Assembly (NCBI GenBank): GCA_035546035.1
Contig: DASZXC010000014.1
Span: 1,323 to 65,322 of the forward strand
Length of the DNA stretch: 64,000 nucleotides
Direction of reading: 5' to 3'
Origin: Minisyncoccota bacterium
GTDB lineage: Bacteria; Patescibacteriota; Minisyncoccia; Phycocordibacterales; UBA6065
Part shown: positions 55,613 through 62,551 of the stretch, one piece after another
How positions within the stretch are numbered: the stretch's first letter is position 1
Layout of the letters: every line of letters begins with the position of its first letter
The notes under the pieces: model-generated
Database searches by the model: none
Seen by the model: only the letters and a program-made list of their open reading frames with translations
Told to the model about the DNA's origin: nothing
Translations under genes and position numbers: made by a program

Positions 55613-56935
55613 ATGAAATCTATCCTCAAGAACATAGTCGTATCCATCATGACCCTCGAAGCAAGGGTCGCTTTGATGCGCCACAGACCCAAGGTCATCG
55701 CGGTCACGGGCAATGTCGGCAAGACGTCGGCTAAAGACGCCATATATGCCGTTATGGCGCACGTGTACGGGGAAGAGAGCGTCCGCAAGAGCGAGAAGAG
55801 CTTTAACAGCGAGATCGGCCTGCCTCTGGCGATCTTGGGCCTCGAAAACGGTTGGTCATCGGCCGCGCTCTGGCTTAAAAACATAAAAGACGGGCTTTTG
55901 GTGGCGTTATTCGGCTCGCGCCGCGGCTTCCCTGAATGGCTCGTGCTTGAAGTGGGCGCCGATCACCCGGGCGATATAGAGCGCGCGGCGAAATGGCTTC
56001 ATTCCGATATCGTAGTCCTAACGCGCATGTCCGACGTGCCGGTGCACGTCGAATTCTTCAAAGACGCCGACGAGCTCCTCCGCGAAAAGATGTTCTTGGC
56101 CCATGCGTTGAAGCCGGCCGGGACGATCGTCGTGAATGCGGATGACCCGCGATTCATGGAAGCGGTCAAGATGATCCCTGCAAAAACCATTTCATATGGC
56201 ACGGCAAAGACGGCGGACGTCGTCATGGCTGAATCGGAGATATCCTATATGAGCGAGCCGGTTTCGTTGCCGATAGGGCAGTATGTAGTCGTAAGGATGG
56301 GCGAAGAAGGCAAGGCCGTCGAAAAGAAGATCGAGCTCAGATTCGCCGTCGGCGACCATATCATGTATGCATTCGCCGCCGCGACCGCCGTTGCCAAGGC
56401 TCTCGGCATCGAGAATGCCATTCCCGATGCTTTCAAGGATTTCAAGAGCCCGAACGGCAGAATGAGGATGCTTAAGGGCATCAACGGATGCGCGGTCATA
56501 GACGATTCGTATAATTCCTCGCCGCTCGCATGCGCCGAAGCCCTCAAGACCCTCGCGAAAATGACCGTGCGCGGCAAAAAGATCGCCGTGCTCGGCGATA
56601 TGAAAGAATTGGGCGCGAATGCGGAACGGGCGCATCGCGATGTCGGGTTCCTTGCCGCGGAGACGCTCCATACTCTGGTCACCGTAGGGGAATCGTCGCG
56701 GTCAATCGCGTCTGCCGCGCGCGACGCGGGCCTTGCCGCCGACCGCATCCTCTCTTTCGACGATTCGGTCGCCGCCGCTCCTGCCGTCGCCGACATAGCC
56801 CGTGCGGGCGACGTCATTCTGGTCAAAGGCTCCCAGTCCATGCGCATGGAGCGCGTCTCGAAAGCCTTGCTCGCGCATCCTGAAAGGGCCCCGGAATTGC
56901 TCGTCCGTCAAGAAAAGGAATGGGTTGACAGGTAG
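55613..56935 (+). CDS. murF: Mur ligase family protein, probably UDP-MurNAc-pentapeptide synthetase MurF
   Basis: VIAVTGNVGKTSAKD P-loop, Mur ligase middle and C-terminal domains. There is no MurE-type N-terminal domain. Confidence 0.65.
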   Translation: MKSILKNIVVSIMTLEARVALMRHRPKVIAVTGNVGKTSAKDAIYAVMAHVYGEESVRKSEKSFNSEIGLPLAILGLENGWSSAALWLKNIKDGLLVALFGSRRGFPEWLVLEVGADHPGDIERAAKWLHSDIVVLTRMSDVPVHVEFFKDADELLREKMFLAHALKPAGTIVVNADDPRFMEAVKMIPAKTISYGTAKTADVVMAESEISYMSEPVSLPIGQYVVVRMGEEGKAVEKKIELRFAVGDHIMYAFAAATAVAKALGIENAIPDAFKDFKSPNGRMRMLKGINGCAVIDDSYNSSPLACAEALKTLAKMTVRGKKIAVLGDMKELGANAERAHRDVGFLAAETLHTLVTVGESSRSIASAARDAGLAADRILSFDDSVAAAPAVADIARAGDVILVKGSQSMRMERVSKALLAHPERAPELLVRQEKEWVDR

Positions 56936-57005
56936 GGCTGCGCTGATAGATTTGGTGCAGAGTCCGATATCACAGAAACCTTAAAATCAAGAAAGGAGCC
57001 TTTAT

Positions 57006-57458
57006 ATGGAAGCGATATGCGCGGATGTCCGCGAAGCGACGGTTTGCTATTTGTCCCGCGGTCTGAACGGCAGCGAGGAGTTCCTCCTCGGCAAGAGGAT
57101 GAAGCTCTTCATGAACGGGCGCTGGCAGGGTCCGGGCGGCAAGCTAACGCCGTACGAGCAATCGAACGGCCGCGCCGGCATCGTCCGATGCCTCCAGCGC
57201 GAGACGCGGCAGGAAGTGAGCGTCCTGGTGAAGAAAGAAAGCGCTACGCATATCGCGAGCGTCGATTTCCATCATTTGGAAGAGGCGGGCGGCGTTCTGA
57301 GCCACCATTTCCGGTGGCGGGTGCATTTCTTCACCGTCACTGCATGGGAGCGGAGCGCTCCGCATCAAACAGCACGAACTGACGTTCGTGCTGTTTTCCT
57401 GTTAAAAGGAAAAGGGCCCTCATTCGATGAGAGCCCTCGGTGTCTCGCTCCTGCCTAG
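57006..57458 (+). CDS. NUDIX-like hydrolase (degenerate Nudix box)
   Basis: GGKLTPYEQSNGRAGIVRCLQRETRQEVSV approximates GX5EX7REUXEEXGU. AAAGGAG RBS upstream. The 3' end overlaps two terminator hairpins. Confidence 0.5.
   Translation: MEAICADVREATVCYLSRGLNGSEEFLLGKRMKLFMNGRWQGPGGKLTPYEQSNGRAGIVRCLQRETRQEVSVLVKKESATHIASVDFHHLEEAGGVLSHHFRWRVHFFTVTAWERSAPHQTARTDVRAVFLLKGKGPSFDESPRCLAPA
57372..57397 (+). terminator. Rho-independent terminator (+ strand) inside 3' end of NUDIX CDS
   Basis: gcacgaac-tgac-gttcgtgc then tgttttcc. Confidence 0.55.
57398..57437 (-). terminator. Rho-independent terminator (- strand) for lipoprotein gene
   Basis: agggccctcat-tcg-atgagagccct with one mismatch. On the - strand it is followed by tttccttttaacagg. 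Confidence 0.5.
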
Positions 57459-57760
57459 CTCGTCAGGCGGTCCAGCTTCGTGACGATGTACCTCGTCGGA
57501 GGGACGATCCCGACGAGGAAGCCGAGATTGTACCATCCGCCGTTATTGTGCACTTCGTAGAAGTGCATCCTATCCGTGAAGAGCGATATGACGAACGTCG
57601 CAGGCGTGATCAAGCCGTGCCAGATCCCGCGCCAGAAACCGGCGATATGGCCGGCCCCGTTCGGGACATGCGCCGCAGGATTAGGACCCGCCGCGCAGCT
57701 CGATATGAGCGCGAGAGCGCAGACTACCGACAGGCCGAGCAGGATATTCTGCTTTTTCAT
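57455..57760 (-). CDS. Small lipoprotein/membrane protein, hypothetical
   Basis: Start at internal ATG (MKKQNILLGLSVVCALALISSCAAG). Signal peptide with Cys-containing lipobox-like LISSC. Confidence 0.5.
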   Translation of the reverse strand: MKKQNILLGLSVVCALALISSCAAGPNPAAHVPNGAGHIAGFWRGIWHGLITPATFVISLFTDRMHFYEVHNNGGWYNLGFLVGIVPPTRYIVTKLDRLTS

Positions 57761-57851
57761 GCGTAGCCTCCTTTGATTGGATGTGTGAAAGCGAACTGAC
57801 TCGATCAAAATGATGGCATGCGGTCATGTCTGTGTCAATTATCTAGAGTTG

Positions 57852-57923
57852 TGACCCTACGGGGAATCGAACCCCGATTTAGAGCTTGAGAAGCTCCTGT
57901 CCTGACCATTAGACGATAGGGCC
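57852..57923 (-). tRNA. tRNA-Glu (anticodon CTC), CCA not encoded
   Basis: Hand-folded on the - strand. Acceptor GGCCCTA/TAGGGTC (one G-U), D-arm, anticodon stem GGAGC/GCTCT with loop TTCTCAA, T-arm CGGGG-TTCGATT-CCCCG, discriminator A. Confidence 0.85.
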
Positions 57924-58002
57924 TTTGCTAGGGCGCCGCGACCGATGCGTTAGAGGATATCCGAATTTAACCTTATAATCAAGATTCAATCGTATTAAAC
58001 AT

Positions 58003-58350
58003 ATGAATATGAAAGCGACATTTTTCGCCATAGGCATGCTCGTCATCATAGCTTCGGCCGTCGCGGCGGGGGTCATGCATATGCCGAAAGCCCTGCCCGC
58101 AGACTCGACGCTTTCGACGAGCTCTGCAAAGGCGATGCCGATAGAAGACTATGTGAAGCTCTATATATCTGAACTCTCTCCGGTGAAAGAGACTCTCGGC
58201 GGCAGATTCTCCGTGACCGATATCGAAGCGCGCGGCGGAGCGGGAACCGTCTCTTACGAAGACGGCCATAACGCGTATGTCGCCGACTTCACGTATTCGA
58301 TAAGCGATATCGGAGGCGTGGACGTCAATTCGTTCGCGCTGCGAGACTAG
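58003..58350 (+). CDS. Small secreted/membrane-anchored hypothetical protein
   Basis: Signal/anchor FFAIGMLVIIASAVAAGV; 115 aa. Confidence 0.5.
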   Translation: MNMKATFFAIGMLVIIASAVAAGVMHMPKALPADSTLSTSSAKAMPIEDYVKLYISELSPVKETLGGRFSVTDIEARGGAGTVSYEDGHNAYVADFTYSISDIGGVDVNSFALRD

Positions 58351-58405
58351 GCGTATATGAAAAGAGCGCCGGTAGCTTTCGCTACGGGCGCTCTCGCGGA
58401 GGAGG

Positions 58406-59083
58406 TCAGCACTCTTTCCTCCAGTTCCTTCCTTTCTTCCTGGGCTTGCCTGACCGGTCGATGTAGCGCGCTTGGCGGTCCACGTCGGTGAGGAAGGAGA
58501 ACGCTCCCGTCCTCGGCGCCGGCGGCGTATCGCCCATGAACTCGCGTTCGATCCGGACGTCGTCTTCCCGTGCCTGCATGAGCATCCGATTGACCTCCGT
58601 CGCCGTGCTCAAGACGGGCAGGGGAGCGGGATCCGCGAAGACGGGCTTTGACGGCCCTCCTTCGATGCCCCTCATCTCCTGCGTCACTTCCGACAGGATC
58701 CGGTATTCGCCGCGGTCGTTCAGTCCGGCTATCCACGAATTATGGCTCGCGACCTTGCTCACGTCGGACATGATGTCCTTGTGGGCCTTGTCGAACCGGG
58801 CCGCGGCGCTTTCAAGGAATTCATGAGTGAACACTCGATTGCGAGCCTCGTCCCATGCGATGTTCTGCCGGTCGCGATTCTTGGCGAAGTCCTTTTCCTG
58901 GGCGATCCTCCGGACGGTGTCGTAGAGGAACTTCAGGTATACAGGCTCTTTCTCGCGAAGGGGCTTCTCGAATGCGAGCCATCCCGTCCAGATGCTGGCG
59001 ATCCTCGCTTTCCGTTGCTGAAAGCGCTTCTGGTCTATCCTCGCCTCCCGTGCTGAAGGGGAGGCGGTCTTCGTCTCTGGCAT
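58406..59083 (-). CDS. Hypothetical protein (225 aa) with strong promoter and SD
   Basis: AGGAG lies 7 nt upstream of the ATG, and TTGACA-N18-TATAAT upstream of that. No recognisable domain. Confidence 0.6.
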   Translation of the reverse strand: MPETKTASPSAREARIDQKRFQQRKARIASIWTGWLAFEKPLREKEPVYLKFLYDTVRRIAQEKDFAKNRDRQNIAWDEARNRVFTHEFLESAAARFDKAHKDIMSDVSKVASHNSWIAGLNDRGEYRILSEVTQEMRGIEGGPSKPVFADPAPLPVLSTATEVNRMLMQAREDDVRIEREFMGDTPPAPRTGAFSFLTDVDRQARYIDRSGKPRKKGRNWRKEC

Positions 59084-59139
59084 GATTTAGCTCCTTTGGT
59101 TGGAATTCAATGTGCCGAAAGCATGACTAATCTCCCTCA

Positions 59140-59169
59140 ATTATACTACAATTGAGTTGCATTTGTCAA
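59140..59169 (-). promoter_or_regulatory. Near-consensus sigma70 promoter (TTGACA-18-TATAAT) for gene 58406..59083
   Basis: On the - strand: TTGACA aatgcaactcaattgtag TATAAT. The spacer contains a perfect 7-bp inverted repeat CTCAATT/AATTGAG overlapping the -10. Confidence 0.55.
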
Positions 59170-59190
59170 CGGGCTGTGAAAGCCCGGAAG

Positions 59191-59643
59191 CTAGGCGAAA
59201 ATCTCGTCTACGACGGCCTTGATGTCGGCTCCGTCGGCCTTGCCTTTGAGGTCTTTCGATACGGCGCCGATCAATTTGCCTGCGCCGGATTTGTCCGCGA
59301 CGTTCAGCTCGGCCTTTTTAGCCAGGACCGCTTTGCGGATATCTTCTCTTGGCATGGAAGCAGGGAGGTATGCTTCGAGCACGGCGAGCTCTTTCTTTTC
59401 GCTCTCGGCGAGCTCGGGTCGGCCGCCCTTGGTGAATTGATCGATCGAGTCCTTGCGCTGCTTTACGAGGCGCTTGATGATAGCGAGCGCTTCTTCGTCC
59501 GTGCCTTCGTTGGCCGCGGACTTTTTGGCGATGAGCTCTTTCTGGATCTCGGCCTGGATGCCGCGCAGGACCATGGTGCGGATCTCGTCCTTGGCCACCA
59601 TCGCTTCTTTCGTATGCCCTTTGATCGTTTGATGGAGTGTCAT
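59191..59643 (-). CDS. GatB/YqeY domain protein
   Basis: 150 aa helical protein. N-terminal AMVAKDEIRTMVLRGIQAEI resembles the YqeY family. Confidence 0.8.
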   Translation of the reverse strand: MTLHQTIKGHTKEAMVAKDEIRTMVLRGIQAEIQKELIAKKSAANEGTDEEALAIIKRLVKQRKDSIDQFTKGGRPELAESEKKELAVLEAYLPASMPREDIRKAVLAKKAELNVADKSGAGKLIGAVSKDLKGKADGADIKAVVDEIFA

Positions 59644-59663
59644 AACAAAAGTATACTATAGCC

Positions 59664-60779
59664 ATGTTGAATGCGCCTCTCATCACGCTTTTTATCTTCG
59701 GAGCGCTCGTCGTCGCATTGAACGGCGCCGTCATATATCTCATGCTCCGCAAAAGGAACGAAGCCGGTCTCGCTGAAGCGAAAGGCGACGATACGGCCAT
59801 GAAGCTCTTGCTCGAGCAGATGAACGAACTCAACCGCACCGTGGACAAGAAGATGGGGGAGACGCACCGCACCGTCACCGATTCGATGAAGAGCCAATTT
59901 TCGGAGTCCCAGCGCCTTGTCGACAAATTCCTGCGCGAGATCACGTCCATGACGGAAAAGGTCACCCGCGTCGAGGAAACCGGCAAGCAAATGGTCGGTT
60001 TTGCCGATCAGCTCCAGAATCTGCAGGATATATTGAAGAATCCGAAGCAGCGCGGCGTTCTGGGCGAATACTACCTGGAGGCGCTTTTGAAGAACGTCCT
60101 GCCGCCCGGCAGCTATGAGATGCAGTATGCGCTGGGCAAAGACGACGAAGGCGCGCCCTTGATCGTGGACGCCATCGTGCGCGTGAAGGACAAGATCATT
60201 CCGGTAGACTCGAAATTCTCGCTCGAAAACTATAACCGCCTGGCGGAAGAGAAGAATGAGGCCGAGAAAGCGCGCCTCGAAAAGCTGTTCGTGAACGATC
60301 TGAAGAACCGCATCGTCGAGACGTCTAAATATATCAAGCCTGCCCAGGGCACGATGGAATTCGCATTCATGTTCATACCGCACGAGGCTATATATTACGA
60401 CTTGCTCGTGAACAAGGTCGGTGCCGTCACCGAAGAAACCGACAATCTGATCCAGCGCGCCGCGAATAAATACAAGGTCATCATCGTATCGCCGACGTCC
60501 TTCTTGGCCTATCTGCAGACCGTGCTCCAGGGATTGAAGGCCATGCAGATCGAAGAGACGGCAAAAGACATCATCCAGAGAGTGGGGGAATTAGGCAAGC
60601 ATCTGAAGACCTACGAGGAATACCATAACAAGCTCGGCAATAACCTCGCGACCGTAGTCAATCAATATATGTATTCGTCCAAAGAGCTTAAAAAGGTGGA
60701 TAAGGACGTTTTACGCATAACCGGTACCGCGGCAGGATTGGATCCTGTGGCTATAGAGAGGCCTGAACTGGAGGATTAG
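59664..60779 (+). CDS. rmuC: DNA recombination protein RmuC
   Basis: N-terminal TM, long coiled-coil, C-terminal RmuC nuclease-like region (FAFMFIPHEAIYYDLL). Confidence 0.8.
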   Translation: MLNAPLITLFIFGALVVALNGAVIYLMLRKRNEAGLAEAKGDDTAMKLLLEQMNELNRTVDKKMGETHRTVTDSMKSQFSESQRLVDKFLREITSMTEKVTRVEETGKQMVGFADQLQNLQDILKNPKQRGVLGEYYLEALLKNVLPPGSYEMQYALGKDDEGAPLIVDAIVRVKDKIIPVDSKFSLENYNRLAEEKNEAEKARLEKLFVNDLKNRIVETSKYIKPAQGTMEFAFMFIPHEAIYYDLLVNKVGAVTEETDNLIQRAANKYKVIIVSPTSFLAYLQTVLQGLKAMQIEETAKDIIQRVGELGKHLKTYEEYHNKLGNNLATVVNQYMYSSKELKKVDKDVLRITGTAAGLDPVAIERPELED

Positions 60780-60828
60780 CCGGTCTATTGCCTTTTTAGC
60801 GCTTATATGCGATATTGAGCGTATCAAA

Positions 60829-60852
60829 AGCCCTTACAAGGGCTCTTTATTT
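60829..60852 (+). terminator. Possible terminator/leader hairpin upstream of rplU
   Basis: agccct-tacaa-gggct then ctttatttc. Confidence 0.35.
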
Positions 60853-60859
60853 CAAAAAC

Positions 60860-61213
60860 ATGGCTACAGCAAAGGCAAAAACGGCGGCAAAGACGGGCGC
60901 TTTCGCGGTCATTGCGACTGGCGGCAAGCAGTACAAGGTTCAGGTCGGCGACGTCGTAAAGATCGAAAAGATCCTCGGCGACCACAAAGTAGGCGGCAAA
61001 GTCGTCTTCGACAAGGTCCTTCTTGTCGATAACGGCGGCGACACTACGGTCGGCGCTCCATTCATATCCGGCTCGAAGGTAGAGGCGGAGATCAAGGAAA
61101 TCGGCCGCGACGCGAAGGTAACCGTTATCCACTACAAGCAGAAGAGCAAGTACTTCAAGAAGTACGGCCATCGCCAGCCTTTCTTCAAGGTAGCGATCAC
61201 CTCGATAGCGTAA
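60860..61213 (+). CDS. rplU: 50S ribosomal protein L21 with short Lys/Ala-rich N-terminal extension
   Basis: FAVIATGGKQYKVQVGDVVKIEKI...KVTVIHYKQKSKYFKKYGHRQPFFKVAI; start at ATG 60860. Confidence 0.9.
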   Translation: MATAKAKTAAKTGAFAVIATGGKQYKVQVGDVVKIEKILGDHKVGGKVVFDKVLLVDNGGDTTVGAPFISGSKVEAEIKEIGRDAKVTVIHYKQKSKYFKKYGHRQPFFKVAITSIA

Positions 61214-61217
61214 AAGA

Positions 61218-61268
61218 CTCATAAACAAAAAATCACCCGCCGAGCCCGGGTGATTTTTTGTTTATGAG
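61218..61268. terminator. Bidirectional terminator: 22-bp perfect inverted repeat hairpin flanked by A-tract and T-tract
   Basis: ctcataaacaaaaaatcacccg-ccgagcc-cgggtgattttttgtttatgag. Confidence 0.7.
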
Positions 61269-61351
61269 CCTAATGCAGCCGATGCAGCGACAATTGCAGG
61301 GAAGCGCAAGGCGCACGAAAGTGCGCCTTGCGCTTAAATCTGCTTTCTTTT

Positions 61352-61600
61352 CTAATCCCGAATGCTCTTCACCAAAAGTTTTCGCTTCGCGAGCTTTCGA
61401 GGCTTCGCTTTCGTCGGAATCGCGCCGACCTCGATGTCTTTGACGAGCTTCTCGAGATCCTCGGTCTTGTAGATGCGGTAGTTCGACATCGGATGCCTCG
61501 TCGTCGGGAGCTTTCCGCTCTTGTCCCAATTTCGAAGGGTCAAAGGAGTGACTCCCAGGAATTCTGCCGCCTCTTTGATCGTCATGAATTTGCCTGACAT
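61352..61600 (-). CDS. Excisionase/MerR-type (HTH_17-like) DNA-binding protein
   Basis: MTIKEAAEFLGVTPLTLRNWDKSGKLPTTRHPMSNYRIYKTEDLEKL matches the HTH_17 pattern; basic C-terminal tail. Start at 61600 (MSGKF) or 61585 (MTIKE). The listed longer N-terminus overlaps lepB. Confidence 0.65.
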   Translation of the reverse strand: MSGKFMTIKEAAEFLGVTPLTLRNWDKSGKLPTTRHPMSNYRIYKTEDLEKLVKDIEVGAIPTKAKPRKLAKRKLLVKSIRD

Positions 61601-61619
61601 TGGTTGTATAATATACCCC

Positions 61620-62195
61620 ATGGAAGAAACGCTCAAGCAGCCGGAAGGCGGCCCTATCGCGGAGCGCGGAATCTGGACCAAGAAAAACGTCCTCTCCGTC
61701 GCCCTCATCGCATTTCTCGTCGTCCTCTTCATACGCCTTTTCGTATTCGAGACTTTCTTCGTGCAGGGGGATTCGATGTCCCCGACCATATTGTCGGGTC
61801 AATTCGTGTTCGTGAACCGATTGGCATATATATGGAGCGAGCCGAAGCGCGGCGATATCGTCGTAGCCATCCCGCGCGTCTATCCGGGAAGGGTGGTGAA
61901 GCGCGTCATCGGCCTTCCCGGCGAGTGGTTTTCGATAGAGAACGGCGCGATCGTGATCAGGGATTCGCGCACGGGCAAGGGCGTCAATCTTGACGAAGCG
62001 TACTTAAAGTTACCTTATACTCCTGAGGTGGGAACGACCCGGACGAACATCGATCCGAAGGAGTATTTCGCCCTCGGCGACAACCGCGCCGAAAGCATCG
62101 ATTCGCGCGAATTGGGACCGATCGATCTCTGGAGCATCAAAGGAAAGGTTGTCGGCGCCTTTGACTTCAAGACCTTTAAATATAAGGCTTTTTAA
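61620..62195 (+). CDS. lepB: Signal peptidase I
   Basis: N-terminal TM, GDSMSPT (Ser box), GDNRAESIDSR (Lys/Arg box region); start at ATG 61620. Confidence 0.9.
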   Translation: MEETLKQPEGGPIAERGIWTKKNVLSVALIAFLVVLFIRLFVFETFFVQGDSMSPTILSGQFVFVNRLAYIWSEPKRGDIVVAIPRVYPGRVVKRVIGLPGEWFSIENGAIVIRDSRTGKGVNLDEAYLKLPYTPEVGTTRTNIDPKEYFALGDNRAESIDSRELGPIDLWSIKGKVVGAFDFKTFKYKAF

Positions 62196-62551
62196 GGGAT
62201 AGGCTCTAGTAAGGTTTATGAATGTTTATAAAAAAATAAAAAGCTTTAGCAAAAATTTATAAAGAAATACGTCCCTTTCCGGAATGCGCCATTCTTAATA
62301 GAAAGAAATCCAGGGTTAAGCCCTGGATTTTTCAATTCTCAATCGTCCCGTCCATCCATTCTTTTAGCGATCGTATCGGTTCGAAAATCGTATCGATTGT
62401 CCCCAGAAAACAGCCCTATCCGATAGCGCTCCGCCCGTATAATGAACCCGTCTTCTTTTGAGATACCGATACGTCGTATCGGATAGAAAATAAACCAAAT
62501 TTGAACCCGGATTTCCAAAAACCCCAAGGTTCCGACGGCAACTGGCTCTCG
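62196..62551 (+). promoter_or_regulatory. AT-rich intergenic control region with lepB terminator, TATAAT element and repeated CGTATCGG/CCGATACG motifs
   Basis: Terminator aaatccaggg-ttaag-ccctggattt (62306-62332). TTTATAAA(A/G)AAAT direct repeat at ~62225/62256. CGTATCGG at 62372, CGTATCGA at 62389, CCGATAG at 62420, TATAAT at 62438-62443. Perfect palindrome CCGATACG-t-CGTATCGG at 62466-62482. Confidence 0.5.

Noticed and set aside
61352-61600. Prophage/integrative element signalled by excisionase-type HTH
   Set aside because: No integrase, recombinase, phage structural genes, att-like repeats or tRNA-adjacent insertion are nearby. Flanking genes are rplU and lepB.
62196-62551. AT-rich region as chromosomal origin (oriC)
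   Set aside because: There is no DnaA-box cluster and no dnaA/dnaN/gyrB linkage. The region is better explained as terminator plus promoter/operator for the giant surface gene.
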